IMG/VR virus record: IMGVR_UViG_3300035696_000041
Source: a virus
Strand: one strand, 5' to 3'
DNA length: 64,000 nt
The notes under the pieces were generated by a model. It worked only from the letters and a program-made list of their open reading frames with translations, searched no databases and was not told where the DNA came from. Each line of letters opens with the position of its first letter. Within the stretch, counting starts at the first letter, position 1. Below, piece by piece: positions 9,388 through 18,306 of this stretch. A program made the position numbers and the translations under genes.

Positions 9388-9625
9388 GTTTGGGGTTTGT
9401 CTGCTTCACAAGCTTGTAACCCCGCTTGCTCTTGACCAGACGACGAAGGATGGTCGTTGCCGTAGCATCACACGCAGAAGCCATGAGAGCCTTTCCCGGT
9501 CCCGGGGTGATAAGGTCAATGGTGCGTGCTGCACGATACAACTGATTCATGGACCAGTTCAGCAACTCGACATTATCCATGTCTTCGTTGCCCTTAACTA
9601 TCTTTTTCTCAAGGTATGACATCAT
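9362..9625 (-). CDS. hypothetical protein
   Basis: 87-aa ORF. Confidence 0.35.
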   Translation of the reverse strand: MMSYLEKKIVKGNEDMDNVELLNWSMNQLYRAARTIDLITPGPGKALMASACDATATTILRRLVKSKRGYKLVKQTNPKLARGYARP

Positions 9626-9834
9626 ATGATTGTTATGTGTTTGCCTTTTGGCGTTACTGGATAGACCGTTATTGAATGCTCGCCTTCATCGTTGGCCCAC
9701 TCACTCTTCAAGTAGTGGACGACACCCTTACAAAAAGCATCTATGTCTTCCTCGGATGCCTTGTAGGTATCAGTAACCACTCGGGCAATGGTTTCCTTTC
9801 CTACTACTTTCACTTCAATCGAGACTTGTTTCAT
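9622..9834 (-). CDS. hypothetical protein
   Basis: 70-aa ORF with overlapping stop/start with its neighbours. Confidence 0.35.
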   Translation of the reverse strand: MKQVSIEVKVVGKETIARVVTDTYKASEEDIDAFCKGVVHYLKSEWANDEGEHSITVYPVTPKGKHITII

Positions 9835-11558
9835 TTCCGTTTCAACTGATGAAAGCTATTCCCGTTGACAAAGAATATGCCATCGGACGTAGCAAACAAT
9901 CTCATAGTAGCATCGAATGGTGGGTCTGTCAAGGTCTCGGCTTGAGCCGCCGTGGCGAACAGTTCCAACTCATTGTCGCTTGCCAAGAGGACACACAGCC
10001 CATTGTCCATCACAGTGAAGTTGATGGTGTCGTAAGCAATGTTGTCCACCTTACGCACGTCGCAAATATCGTATGCTTTGTTGAAGATGATAATGATACG
10101 GTCGAATTGACCTTTCTTCTCACCGACAACCACCACAATGTTCCTTTCGGCCTTGGCGTCCACAATACGATAGCCGTCAAGCTGAGGGATATGCTTGCTA
10201 AAACAACTGCCAAGCTTGTAGGGCAGAGTGAGGTATATCTTGCCAAGCAAGTCTTGGATGACGCACCCATTATACATCTTGGCCGAAGTGGTCGAGACGT
10301 TCTCGACTTCCTTGACTCTGTGGACCATCTTATTGCCGAAGGCAGTGAAGCTACTCTCAACCAACTTGCCTTTGCTTATGGTGTAGAAGGCATTGTTGCG
10401 AGCGAACATTTCATTGCTCTGTGCCGTGCCCACGGGGTCGGACTGAGTAAGGATTCGGAACTCAATCTTGTTGCTCAAGGATTGCTGTGCTGTCACCAGT
10501 GTACCATCCGAAGCGGATACGAGCAATATCTTCTTGGCTGCGTGTCTGCCAATCTCTTTCGTATTGGCGTATATGTGCGTCTTAGTGGCAACGTAATATA
10601 CACCCATAATGCTCGTGACTGCGAGAATATTGTCCGCATATGCGGCAATCTGTTCCACCTTCAACTTGTCAGTGCCTTGAATAGTGATAATCTGAGTAGG
10701 CACCAGCAGCGGGGCAGAGCTATCGGGCAGAGGCGGAACACCACGTTCGCCATTGAGGAACACACGTTTGAAGTAGTCCAAGTGGCGAGCGGGAATGACC
10801 TTGAAGTCATTGACGCATGGAGGTACACCCACGCCAGGGTGGAACACGCTTATGCCGTCATCCATTTGCTTTGCCTTCTCATTGGGCTTGTATTTGGCGT
10901 GCCGCCCACGATATGGATGGATATTGGTGTAGAGCCAGAAAGCCAATACAGACCACGAGAACCAGTCAGACCCAATATCGGGATTGTAATGCATGGTCCC
11001 GCTCTTGTCATAGGTGGTCACTCGGCGGTCCCTTACCGAATCCATAATCGCAGTGGCCTTGAATGAGGGAGTTGAATAACTGTCTGTATCAATGAACCAC
11101 GGGATGACAGTGCTCGGCTTCAACTCAGCCAGAATGTTAAGTTCATTCAAATCCACCACGAGACATTGAGCGGCGTGAACATCGTTGACTACCACCTGTA
11201 TCTCTTTGACGAGGCGGTTAATCATCTGGAAGTCCACGTTGTTGTCGTCCTTGAAGGTCTTGGTGAACAGCTTAAGCAACGGCTCAACATCATCCACGTA
11301 GCGAGTAGTATAGCCGAGGGGCTTCCCGTCTTTGGGGTCGAAGATAAGTTCCTTCGGTATCACTACTTGGGGGTTAGTAATGACAGACAACTCCTTCATC
11401 TTGCCGAGAGGGAGTTGCTTGTGGGCGGGGTCGTGGTACAGTTTGTACACCATACTGCCGTTAACATAGATTTCAGCTTCCCCTCCTGCCGCCAAATATT
11501 GGGATGGTTGTAGCGTAACGACATGTTTAGTCCCACCAACTATAACCTTTTTATTCAT
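9831..11558 (-). CDS. protein kinase-like protein (eukaryotic-type kinase fold) with C-terminal domain of unknown function
   Basis: AAGGEAEIY glycine loop, VYKLY lysine, LVVDLNELNIL resembling the HRDLKPENIL catalytic loop, DTDSY in DFG position. Confidence 0.4.
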   Translation of the reverse strand: MNKKVIVGGTKHVVTLQPSQYLAAGGEAEIYVNGSMVYKLYHDPAHKQLPLGKMKELSVITNPQVVIPKELIFDPKDGKPLGYTTRYVDDVEPLLKLFTKTFKDDNNVDFQMINRLVKEIQVVVNDVHAAQCLVVDLNELNILAELKPSTVIPWFIDTDSYSTPSFKATAIMDSVRDRRVTTYDKSGTMHYNPDIGSDWFSWSVLAFWLYTNIHPYRGRHAKYKPNEKAKQMDDGISVFHPGVGVPPCVNDFKVIPARHLDYFKRVFLNGERGVPPLPDSSAPLLVPTQIITIQGTDKLKVEQIAAYADNILAVTSIMGVYYVATKTHIYANTKEIGRHAAKKILLVSASDGTLVTAQQSLSNKIEFRILTQSDPVGTAQSNEMFARNNAFYTISKGKLVESSFTAFGNKMVHRVKEVENVSTTSAKMYNGCVIQDLLGKIYLTLPYKLGSCFSKHIPQLDGYRIVDAKAERNIVVVVGEKKGQFDRIIIIFNKAYDICDVRKVDNIAYDTINFTVMDNGLCVLLASDNELELFATAAQAETLTDPPFDATMRLFATSDGIFFVNGNSFHQLKRK

Positions 11559-11562
11559 ATTT

Positions 11563-12564
11563 TTATGTTATAAGCATTTCCGATAGTATTTTTGGAATGC
11601 GATTTAACTCAGTGTATTTTATTCTCATTAACTCAATACCCCGCTTGCTTGCGTATTGGGTCTTTATAGCATCTCTCCATTGGACGCCCTCCAAATCTTT
11701 TTTTGTGGAGACGTAGTTCCCGAGTTTTCTTCCACACATAAAATGTTGATTTCCGTCATACTCAACAAGTATATTCTTTTTTGGGATGTAGAAGTCGAAC
11801 TTCAACATACGACCAGTCTTGGGGTTTCGGCAATCATCAAAACTTTTCTGAGGAATATATGCAATCTTATTCTGGTCAAAGAATGCCATTATTCTTTGTT
11901 CTCCTTTGGAGAGACGACACTTGGGGCATCCACAACTATCACGGTGTAAATGTAAATGTGGAGTTTGCCAGAACTCCCCGTGTTTTTTGCAAATTATTTG
12001 TAACTTGCGGTGCTCTCCCTCGTAGATTGTTTTTGAATAATCGTAAAGGTCTCCATGAATATGTTTTGCTTCGGTTATAAACTCCGCTTGGGATTTTCGT
12101 CTGGAGGTTGCAGTTTTTACAAACCCACATTTTAGACATCCACTCCCATTGAGATGAGTATTCGGCTTTTGCTTGTACACGCCGTGCTCTGGGCATCGTA
12201 TTATAACAGGTACGTGGGCAGAGACATATGTGGATTTGGAGTAATCATATTTGTCTCCGTGGATTTCTCTTGCCTTTTTGATGAAATCATTGGTATTGGA
12301 AGTATATTTTCCGCTGCAAAAAACACATCCACAACCTCGTAAATGCGAATTCGGCTTCTGATGAAATTCGCCGTGAATAGGACATATTATTGTTACTTTT
12401 TCCTTGTTATCTTTACCATAGATAGTTTTGCCATAATCATACTTATTGCCATGAATTACAGCCGCTCGTTGTACAAATTCAGTTGTAGTAAGTTTCTCGC
12501 TCATATACATAAATAGCGAGAAAAGTCCCAAAAACGTAATATTGTTTGTCAGTATGTATTTCAC
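11563..12564 (-). CDS. homing endonuclease-like protein: three HGxKYDYSK zinc-ribbon repeats plus C-terminal DUF559/Vsr-like nuclease
   Basis: Repeats HGNKYDYGK / HGDKYDYSK / HGDLYDYSK each with CxxC pairs. C-terminal VEYDGNQH...R motif of Vsr-like endonucleases. Confidence 0.5.
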   Translation of the reverse strand: MKYILTNNITFLGLFSLFMYMSEKLTTTEFVQRAAVIHGNKYDYGKTIYGKDNKEKVTIICPIHGEFHQKPNSHLRGCGCVFCSGKYTSNTNDFIKKAREIHGDKYDYSKSTYVSAHVPVIIRCPEHGVYKQKPNTHLNGSGCLKCGFVKTATSRRKSQAEFITEAKHIHGDLYDYSKTIYEGEHRKLQIICKKHGEFWQTPHLHLHRDSCGCPKCRLSKGEQRIMAFFDQNKIAYIPQKSFDDCRNPKTGRMLKFDFYIPKKNILVEYDGNQHFMCGRKLGNYVSTKKDLEGVQWRDAIKTQYASKRGIELMRIKYTELNRIPKILSEMLIT

Positions 12565-12860
12565 TCGACAAACCTTTCATTATCCTTCGGCCAGTTCTTT
12601 AGCCTATCCTCAGCTACATGACGCCACTTCAAGCCAATCTTGGTCTTGTACCATTTGGGACCATATTGAGACAGCAGACTCCAGAAGTGGCCAGAGCCGC
12701 TACGGGCATACCACTTCTTGAACTCCCTCGCCTCTTTGACAGTCTTGAACTGAATCGTGACTTGACGTTTGGGGTCATTTATCTCTTGGGGATGTTGTTT
12801 CATATTTTGCACCATTTTTAGGGTGTCTATTGAAGAAGTCGGCCTCTTCCACAACAGCAA
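12561..12860 (-). CDS. hypothetical basic protein
   Basis: 99-aa ORF, Lys/Trp-rich. Confidence 0.3.
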   Translation of the reverse strand: MLLWKRPTSSIDTLKMVQNMKQHPQEINDPKRQVTIQFKTVKEAREFKKWYARSGSGHFWSLLSQYGPKWYKTKIGLKWRHVAEDRLKNWPKDNERFVE

Positions 12861-13098
12861 ACCCCCATACCGTTTTGGTCTCTGGATTCCATAGGTCAGA
12901 TTTATTCTCGCCGGTCAGTTCCGCCCACTTCGATTTGGCATCTTCCAGAGAAGCTGCCTCGATTTCAATGACATCATGAAGTTCCCAACATCCTTCATAT
13001 TCCATGAGACCGCCACATTCCAATCCTATTTTATATTTCATATTATTATACTTGCAATACTTATATCGTCTGAATGTGTAGTCCCATCCTTCAAGCAT
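12775..13098 (-). CDS. hypothetical protein
   Basis: 107-aa ORF. Confidence 0.3.
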   Translation of the reverse strand: MLEGWDYTFRRYKYCKYNNMKYKIGLECGGLMEYEGCWELHDVIEIEAASLEDAKSKWAELTGENKSDLWNPETKTVWGFAVVEEADFFNRHPKNGAKYETTSPRDK

Positions 13099-13841
13099 TT
13101 CCTTTTGAAGGCGGAAATCCTTCGTAATACAAACTCTCCTTCGAGGGTCTTGTAGCCCGTGAACTCTTCAATAAGGTCTGTCCACGGAATGGATTCGTTG
13201 TTGGCTTTCCGAAAGCTATTGATGCCATCCGAGACCACGGCAATGATGTCACCAGATTCAACTTGACACGTTCCCACAAAAGGCATGAATGGCTTGGATT
13301 CACTGCCTTTGTAAGACTTATCCCCAGTATTGTGGTTATTGAAATGGGTGATTTCTTTTACATAACCATCAAACTCTTTCAGATACGCTTGCTTCCGAGG
13401 CGGGTCCAATTCGTATGACAAATAATCAGGGGCACCGCTGGTTAACTGAACATGGCTGGCAGTTACCCAACCATCCTTGGCATGTCTGATAATCACCACA
13501 CCATCGCCCCACATGGCATAATTGGCCACGCCATCCTTCACCCATGCCACGAGCAAGGTAGCATCGAGGAACTGGGGAGATAAGTATGGGAATGTATCAA
13601 TCGCCCTCTGAGCACGATTGATGGTCTTCTCGCCTAAGTTGACCCATGATAGTTCTTTCATTAAGCGTATCTCGGCCTTAGCCGCCATCGCCATACAACG
13701 GGCACCGAAGTCCACGTCGGGAGAAGCGGAGCAACCATCAGATAAGATTGCATATGCAAGTCCCGCTCCCGAATATGCGAGTGCATAATCCTCGCATACA
13801 ATGTGGTCCTTACCTATGCTGAATGTACTATTTGCGTTCAT
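13038..13841 (-). CDS. PP2C-family Ser/Thr protein phosphatase
   Basis: N-terminal ILSDGCSASP (DGxGG-like) and VVSDGI near the C-terminus, as in PP2C/SpoIIE phosphatases. Confidence 0.5.
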   Translation of the reverse strand: MNANSTFSIGKDHIVCEDYALAYSGAGLAYAILSDGCSASPDVDFGARCMAMAAKAEIRLMKELSWVNLGEKTINRAQRAIDTFPYLSPQFLDATLLVAWVKDGVANYAMWGDGVVIIRHAKDGWVTASHVQLTSGAPDYLSYELDPPRKQAYLKEFDGYVKEITHFNNHNTGDKSYKGSESKPFMPFVGTCQVESGDIIAVVSDGINSFRKANNESIPWTDLIEEFTGYKTLEGEFVLRRISAFKRKCLKDGTTHSDDISIASIII

Positions 13842-14298
13842 GTCTTAATGATTGAATGATTTGGGACGTGGAGTCAAACTGCATTACATCGGGCACGATG
13901 ACGACATCCGCCTTAAATGGGTTAACTACTTCTTCTGGTTTGAAATTGGTATTCTTAAAGAGCACCGTGGGATAGAACTTGGAGCACGCCATTTCCCAAT
14001 CGGCAAGACTGCCCATGATGAATGTTATGTCAACACATTCGAGAGCATTTACAATCATTACTCGTTGGTGCTCGGGTATGACAGGGCGTCCTGGCCCCTT
14101 GACCTTGCGTACAAAGTCATCGCAATCCACGCCTACAATGAGCACGTCGCAGAGACGCTTGCACTTCTGTAGATAGGCAAGGTGGAGATTGTGAAACAAA
14201 TCAAAGCACCCCGAAGTCAGCCCCACCACAGGGTTCTTGAAGCTGTCACTCAAGTTGACTAACTCACAATCCCTCTGACTGCGAATATCTATGAGCAT
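13828..14298 (-). CDS. cytidylyltransferase-family nucleotidyltransferase (RfaE domain II / NadM-like HxGH fold)
   Basis: GCFDLFHNLHLAYL (GxFDxxHxGH) followed by DVLIVGVDCDDFVRKVKGPGRPVIPEHQR, as in HldE domain II. Confidence 0.6.
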   Translation of the reverse strand: MLIDIRSQRDCELVNLSDSFKNPVVGLTSGCFDLFHNLHLAYLQKCKRLCDVLIVGVDCDDFVRKVKGPGRPVIPEHQRVMIVNALECVDITFIMGSLADWEMACSKFYPTVLFKNTNFKPEEVVNPFKADVVIVPDVMQFDSTSQIIQSLRHERK

Positions 14299-14614
14299 AA
14301 GGTAACTCTTTGATAAGCTTAAGGCGTTGGGCCAGATACCACATGCCGCCTTGGGCCTTGGGCCTCAGTAAGCCCACGAAATTCTGTATCTCTACGAGGC
14401 ACCACACTCGGCCTTCCATCTTAAGGTGGGGTGCTTCGGGTTTAGAACAGCAATGCCATCCGGGCCGGAAAGCGAATCGTTTGGTTCTGTATGCCTTTGC
14501 GGGCAACCAAATGTTAGGGATGATGACTTGCTTCCGATTGATGAACAACGGACCAAGCGTGCCATCCTTACGCTTACGGAATAGCTTGTAGGCTATCATT
14601 TGGAGAAAGCCCAT
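14264..14614 (-). CDS. hypothetical protein
   Basis: 116-aa ORF. Confidence 0.35.
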   Translation of the reverse strand: MGFLQMIAYKLFRKRKDGTLGPLFINRKQVIIPNIWLPAKAYRTKRFAFRPGWHCCSKPEAPHLKMEGRVWCLVEIQNFVGLLRPKAQGGMWYLAQRLKLIKELPYAHRYSQSEGL

Positions 14615-14802
14615 TTGATGCCCTCGTCTTTGTTATCAAAGACTCGGACTTTGGCATAGCTATGGGAATATCCCACATGACCCTCTTTCACAAACCGCTC
14701 GGCCTCTGCCTCAGTCGTTACGGCAACGCCGAATGGGGTGTCGGAGGAACGCATGGTGCCATCGCCATCCGCCAGTAGCACATAGACGTACTTTTCTTTC
14801 AT
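14596..14802 (-). CDS. hypothetical protein
   Basis: 68-aa ORF. Confidence 0.35.
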   Translation of the reverse strand: MKEKYVYVLLADGDGTMRSSDTPFGVAVTTEAEAERFVKEGHVGYSHSYAKVRVFDNKDEGIKWAFSK

Positions 14803-14819
14803 AACTCATTAGCATGAGG

Positions 14820-14851
14820 GAGGGCGGATTGGGACCGCCGCTCCCTCACGG
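14820..14851 (-). other. GC-rich hairpin (12-bp stem, one bulge) between vWA gene and downstream ORF
   Basis: gagggagggcgg attggga ccgccgctccctc. No U-tract, so a processing/stability element is as likely as a terminator. Confidence 0.3.
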
Positions 14852-14860
14852 GGTACTGGC

Positions 14861-15634
14861 TTAGAACTTGAACTGGCTCGGATTCAGCGGAGCCGAAGCC
14901 TTGCCCGTTCCCAGAGACGAAGACGTGCTGCTAATGGACTGCGACACGAATTCGGCGAGTTTGGCGATACGCCCTGGAGTGGCGTTGCCGATGTCCACGT
15001 ACTGGTCGAAACCAGCCTCGTCCTTAACCGTCTGTAGGTAGCTACTGAGGCTTTGGACGTTGTTGGTGACGCCTACGAGAATCGTAAGCAAACTCTCAAG
15101 GTTCTCAGCCCTACGGACTGCCAAGAGAGACTTCTTGACAACAGCAGCATCAGCGGCGAGGTCGCCACTATTGATTGAGCCACAGTTGCCCTCACCATCA
15201 GTTGCCACGACCACGATGCCGTTCACCAAGAAGTCTTGGCTAGTAAGCTGTTTGCCGTAGGTGCCCGTCGCCTGAATGGCTTCGTCGCAAGCTTCAAACA
15301 ACGCCGTGCTGCCGCCGATTTGGAGAATGTTGTCATAATCCTTTTCGACGATAGTATTCAGAAGCTTGAAGCCGTGCAACTCAGTAACCACCGAGGAAAA
15401 CTGCACGACACGAAACAGGAGGTTGTCCTTGCGAGGCGACTTTTCGCACGCTTTGAAGACGGTCTTCACGCATTGCTCAAGTTGGGTCGCAAAGCCCATG
15501 ACTGAGCTACTCGTGTCAATCACGAGAGTAGCCAGAGTGTATTCCGAGGCACCAAGGTCTTTAATCTTGGCGGCAGAGAATTTGTATCCCGAACCTGCGT
15601 TCAGGGACTCAAGGTTTTTTGATAGGAGGCTCAT
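14861..15634 (-). CDS. von Willebrand factor A (vWA) domain protein (TerY-like)
   Basis: LVIDTSSSV (DxSxS MIDAS) and downstream T and D MIDAS positions (VVATDGEG). Confidence 0.65.
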   Translation of the reverse strand: MSLLSKNLESLNAGSGYKFSAAKIKDLGASEYTLATLVIDTSSSVMGFATQLEQCVKTVFKACEKSPRKDNLLFRVVQFSSVVTELHGFKLLNTIVEKDYDNILQIGGSTALFEACDEAIQATGTYGKQLTSQDFLVNGIVVVATDGEGNCGSINSGDLAADAAVVKKSLLAVRRAENLESLLTILVGVTNNVQSLSSYLQTVKDEAGFDQYVDIGNATPGRIAKLAEFVSQSISSTSSSLGTGKASAPLNPSQFKF

Positions 15635-15659
15635 ATATAACTATGCCTTTCTTTGTTGT

Positions 15660-15684
15660 TGCCCCCGCCCGTAAGCGGGGGCGA
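15660..15684 (-). other. intercistronic GC hairpin
   Basis: gcccccgcc cgtaa gcgggggc, immediately upstream of a conserved leader shared with pncA. Confidence 0.3.
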
Positions 15685-15689
15685 GTGTG

Positions 15690-16499
15690 TTACCAATCCT
15701 TCGTGTTGGTGGTCTTCATCCCCTTCTTGACCAGTTCTCTCACGAAGTCTTGGCCAAGCTTCTCGAAGCCGCCGACATTACTCGACGTGTCTTCAAGGAG
15801 GGTGAACTTGGAGACTTGGCTATCGCCAAACTCCGCAGCCACGTCACGGATGCTGTTTGCGACACAGTGCGACAGTGCCTCACCCGTGATAAGGATTTCA
15901 TCGGCCTCAGTAAGCATATCAATGAGGGCCGTATTCAGCTTGGTGGAAGGGTCGTCGTCATCGGGCACGTCGGCCTTGACAGCCGAGTAGTGCTCCGTGA
16001 ACAGGTTCGAGCCTTTGGCCACGAAGTTGACACGATTGAAGTCGCTCTCCCACTCATAGAGTGCCTTGGCAACTTCGGGAACGATGGCGTGACCCCAAGT
16101 GCCGATTAGGCAGTGCGGGGGCCAGATGCAGAGAACGTATCGCCCGTTTTTCTTGAGGGTTTCAACGTAACTCTGGGCCTTGCCTTGCCACTTCGGATTG
16201 AATGCCCGCCACACGCCGTTCTTCACGTCATCCTCAGTAATGAGAGTGAACGGATTCGGCCTATCGCCCTTGGAGTTGACCCAGAAGGCGGGGTGTGCGA
16301 TATGCACATATTGGTGCGAATCCAACGTGCAGTGGATTTGTTCGAGACGCCCCTTGTTCTTGGAAACGAACTTCCCAAGTCGGGCCATGTCTTGGTCTGC
16401 CCCGGCGACTACCAAAGCACCCTTCTCCCCGCCCGGGCCGAGGGGGATACAGAAGTCGTTCTGTGGGTCAATGGTTATTAGGTGTACTTTTCGGCTCAT
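15690..16499 (-). CDS. pncA: nicotinamidase / isochorismatase-family cysteine hydrolase
   Basis: IDPQNDF motif at the N-terminus and catalytic ITGEALSHCV. Confidence 0.65.
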   Translation of the reverse strand: MSRKVHLITIDPQNDFCIPLGPGGEKGALVVAGADQDMARLGKFVSKNKGRLEQIHCTLDSHQYVHIAHPAFWVNSKGDRPNPFTLITEDDVKNGVWRAFNPKWQGKAQSYVETLKKNGRYVLCIWPPHCLIGTWGHAIVPEVAKALYEWESDFNRVNFVAKGSNLFTEHYSAVKADVPDDDDPSTKLNTALIDMLTEADEILITGEALSHCVANSIRDVAAEFGDSQVSKFTLLEDTSSNVGGFEKLGQDFVRELVKKGMKTTNTKDW

Positions 16500-16553
16500 A
16501 TAACTATGCCTTTCGTTGTTGTTTCTTAATCCCCGACACGGGACTAAAGTGTG

Positions 16554-17477
16554 TTATTTCAAGCGTAATATCTCTCCTTTGAAGTAGTCGTTCAACATTG
16601 AGAGCAGAGGACGGTGCATAGGCATGATGTCCCCTTCGCTTATCTCACCAAATTGTGCCCACTTGACGAACTTGATGTCGTCTCGGGCCTTCGGCTCCCC
16701 GCCGATGTACCGCATTACGTATAGGAACGTGAGAATCTTGTCTTGCTCACGGCGATACCGCCAGTCGTCCACGATGGAGCTACCGACATAGCCAACCAAC
16801 TCAAGGTCAAGGCTCGTCTCTTCCTTGCCTTCACGGCGGGCCGCATCCTCGGCACTCTTGTCTTTGGCGGGGTCAGTGAACCCACCAACAAGCTGCCAGA
16901 GGTCCGCATTGGGCTTCTGAGCCAGCAAGAGCCGCTTCTTGTCGTAGTCCACGATACCAAGGTCCACCGTCGCTTTGAACGAGGGATATTGATTCTGAAC
17001 GGCGAATACGACTCCTTCACGGAAGTCTTGCGTGTTCTTGCCTTTGATGCCTATGCGGCGGCGAACTTCACTTGCCGATATGTACTTGCTCGGCACGAGT
17101 TCTACGGTGGGGTAATGGCCCATGTAGCCATTGATGAAGCTGTCTCGACTACCGTACAGGACCACACGAAGATTGGGTCCAACGGTCTTGGCGATTTGTT
17201 TATCGAGGTTCTTGCTCCAGATTTCGTTGTGACCAACGTCGTCAATGTAGAGCACTTCGATGTCTTGATAAGCTTCCTCAATCATCGCCTTGCGGATAGC
17301 AAAGTCGAAAGGATTGTTGAATGTGCATTTCAGCGGAGAGAGTCCGAGGAATATAAGGACTCGGGGGTGAGCGGCACGTACTGTGTCCAGTATCTCTTTG
17401 TGCCCCTCATGGAGGAACGGCGATTGAAATCTCGCCACGATTACGCCAACTTCGGCGTCATTATCCGTCGTCTTCAT
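16554..17477 (-). CDS. bifunctional NMN/NaMN adenylyltransferase (NadM type) - Nudix ADP-ribose pyrophosphatase
   Basis: VIVARFQSPFLHEGH (NadM GRFQPFHxGH) then Nudix box GGFTDP...REGKEETS. Start trimmed to ATG 17477. Confidence 0.7.
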   Translation of the reverse strand: MKTTDNDAEVGVIVARFQSPFLHEGHKEILDTVRAAHPRVLIFLGLSPLKCTFNNPFDFAIRKAMIEEAYQDIEVLYIDDVGHNEIWSKNLDKQIAKTVGPNLRVVLYGSRDSFINGYMGHYPTVELVPSKYISASEVRRRIGIKGKNTQDFREGVVFAVQNQYPSFKATVDLGIVDYDKKRLLLAQKPNADLWQLVGGFTDPAKDKSAEDAARREGKEETSLDLELVGYVGSSIVDDWRYRREQDKILTFLYVMRYIGGEPKARDDIKFVKWAQFGEISEGDIMPMHRPLLSMLNDYFKGEILRLK

Positions 17478-17617
17478 AGCACCTAATCTGTATCTCGGTT
17501 TTGCTAACACAACGTAGCTTCATCAAAATCTCGGCCACGCTGACAACAATACATATTGTTGATTCTGCCAAAAGTGTAACAGAAACACTAAGTCATGTCA
17601 AGTTTTCTTTTCGGCAG

Positions 17618-17941
17618 TCAAAACCCCGCAGCCTTCAACACACTACGGAGGGCTTGCTCGGGGTCTTGTTCGGGCATTATAGCCCCCGCCGCAGCCATCA
17701 TGGCAATTAAGCGTGGACCGTATGCTTCCGAAATTCTATACACATTCCGCCAGTATGCGGAGACATCCAAGATGCTCTTTTCGCTATCCTTAACCCACTT
17801 GGGAGGCAACCAGTCCATGAGCATCATTCGCTCCATCGGCTCAATGGGCCGAGGGGCACCGACTTCACCAGTCTCTTCGTCGGCAATGAACTTGATTTCA
17901 GTATCCATATTACAAATCCTCACCAGCGGCATCCTCGGCAA
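17618..17941 (-). CDS. hypothetical protein
   Basis: 107-aa ORF. Confidence 0.35.
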   Translation of the reverse strand: MPRMPLVRICNMDTEIKFIADEETGEVGAPRPIEPMERMMLMDWLPPKWVKDSEKSILDVSAYWRNVYRISEAYGPRLIAMMAAAGAIMPEQDPEQALRSVLKAAGF

Positions 17942-18110
17942 TATTGTCGAGTTCCCTCTGCTTATCCTTCAACTCATTGACTACCCATTGCACCCGCTCC
18001 GCTTCGGTCATCGGGTACTCGACATCATCCTTTTCGATGCGAATGGTCGGAGCCAGGGCAAGGTTGAGGATGCCCTTGATTTCTTTGAGTTGTTGGGCGG
18101 CAGTAGCCAT
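17910..18110 (-). CDS. hypothetical protein
   Basis: 66-aa ORF. Confidence 0.3.
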   Translation of the reverse strand: MATAAQQLKEIKGILNLALAPTIRIEKDDVEYPMTEAERVQWVVNELKDKQRELDNIAEDAAGEDL

Positions 18111-18113
18111 AGG

Positions 18114-18302
18114 TCAATTCATGGTCGGAGTCCCACCACCCACGCCGAACACCGCAAGCAGTGTGAAAACCAAGGCGAGGATGAAGAGAACAACGAGTCC
18201 CATGCCCCATTTGTCGAACTTCTTGTCGAGGTAGGCGAGGATAGTCCCGCCGAAGAAGGCAACCCAAAGGATGCCGATGAGTAGGATTAGCATTGGATTC
18301 AT
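18114..18302 (-). CDS. small membrane protein (two TM)
   Basis: 62 aa, two hydrophobic helices. Confidence 0.45.
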   Translation of the reverse strand: MNPMLILLIGILWVAFFGGTILAYLDKKFDKWGMGLVVLFILALVFTLLAVFGVGGGTPTMN

Positions 18303-18306
18303 ATTG

